64,000 bases of DNA from an uncultured Planctomycetaceae bacterium. Lineage in GTDB: Bacteria; Planctomycetota; Planctomycetia; Planctomycetales; Planctomycetaceae. The notes under the pieces are model-generated. The model was not told the origin of the DNA. It worked only from the letters and a program-made list of their open reading frames with translations, and did no database searches. Below, one piece after another: positions 63,425 through 64,000 of the stretch (its first letter is position 1; the number at the start of each line of letters is the position of its first letter). Where the stretch lies: NCBI GenBank assembly GCA_963815195.1, contig CAWFGE010000018.1, positions 160,001 through 224,000 of the forward strand, given 5' to 3'. A program made the position numbers and the translations under genes.

Positions 63425-64000
63425 ATGCGGCTCCAACGATCTCGAATCCACATCCGGCCGATTCGTGCCGCCGGTTTGGTTTGTCTTGCGATCGGCATCG
63501 GGTGGAGTTTGTTCTCCGTGGGATGGGCTGATGATTCGCCGGCCTCCGGGATCTGGTTTGAGAAGCAGCAACTCACCGACAAGTATTATTGCGACGGCAT
63601 CGCCGTGGGCGACATCGACAAGGATGGACGCCTCGATGTCGTCGCAGGGCCGTTCTGGTACAGCGGGCCGGACTTCAACAAGGCGAAGGCGTTTTATCCG
63701 CCGGTCGCGTTGGAACCGGCCAAAAGCCCGTCGGACAGCATGTTTTCGCTGGTTCACGATTTCAACGGCGACGGCTGGCTCGACATTCTGGTGCTCGGCC
63801 GGGTGCATGTCCACAAAGCCTATTGGTACGAAAACCCCGGCCCGCCGGGCAAGGATCTTTGGAAGAAACATTTCGTCGCGGACCGTGTGAAAGGCGAATC
63901 GCCGCTGCTCGCGGACATCACCGGCGACGGCCGGGCGGAACTCATCACCCACGATGAACGCCGATGGGGCTGGCTGGAACCGGATGCGAACCAGCCGACA
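63425..64000 (+). CDS. Exported FG-GAP/VCBS repeat protein (3'-truncated by window edge)
   Basis: Signal peptide; GDIDKDGRLDVVAGPFWY, DFNGDGWLDIL, AYWYENPG. Confidence 0.85.
   Translation, partial: MRLQRSRIHIRPIRAAGLVCLAIGIGWSLFSVGWADDSPASGIWFEKQQLTDKYYCDGIAVGDIDKDGRLDVVAGPFWYSGPDFNKAKAFYPPVALEPAKSPSDSMFSLVHDFNGDGWLDILVLGRVHVHKAYWYENPGPPGKDLWKKHFVADRVKGESPLLADITGDGRAELITHDERRWGWLEPDANQPT

Overview
GC-rich bacterial chromosomal segment, very likely from a planctomycete (DUF1552/DUF1592 pair, LEPR-XLL-type leader, DUF1080, ASPIC/UnbV proteins, hpnH). At least 15 genes, including the essential pyrH, are split by single frameshifts, which points to indel errors in an unpolished assembly. Contents in order: the end of a Tad pilus locus (tadA/B/C); a DUF11 protein; class II ribonucleotide reductase nrdJ with tandem NrdR-box-like sites; a decayed 'inverted' integron (dead IntI 3' fragment, attI-like site, two cassettes with clear attC sites); a glycogen debranching enzyme; an FG-GAP/beta-helix surface protein; an AlgE-like porin; a 9-gene minus-strand operon of unknown function; rpsL-rpsG-fusA; a transglutaminase; a PpiC foldase; hpnH; groES; acpS; prpD; rpsB-tsf-pyrH; DUF1552/DUF1592; a DUF3891 protein with an inserted Fur-type winged helix; adk and an HD hydrolase. 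Intergenic DNA holds many families of REP/REPIN-like palindromes, one expanded into a tandem array. The best candidate for an undescribed system is the operon at 19487-29866. It pairs enediyne-cassette-like UnbV/UnbU homologs (no PKS) with a polyferredoxin membrane protein, a YtkA/FixH-like protein and a duplicated-HxxEH membrane protein. It is headed by a near-leaderless, Cys-motif, HPPR-ending uORF that resembles a metal-sensing ribosome-arrest leader. No rRNA, tRNA or CRISPR array was recognised. Family assignments come from motif recognition, not database searches.
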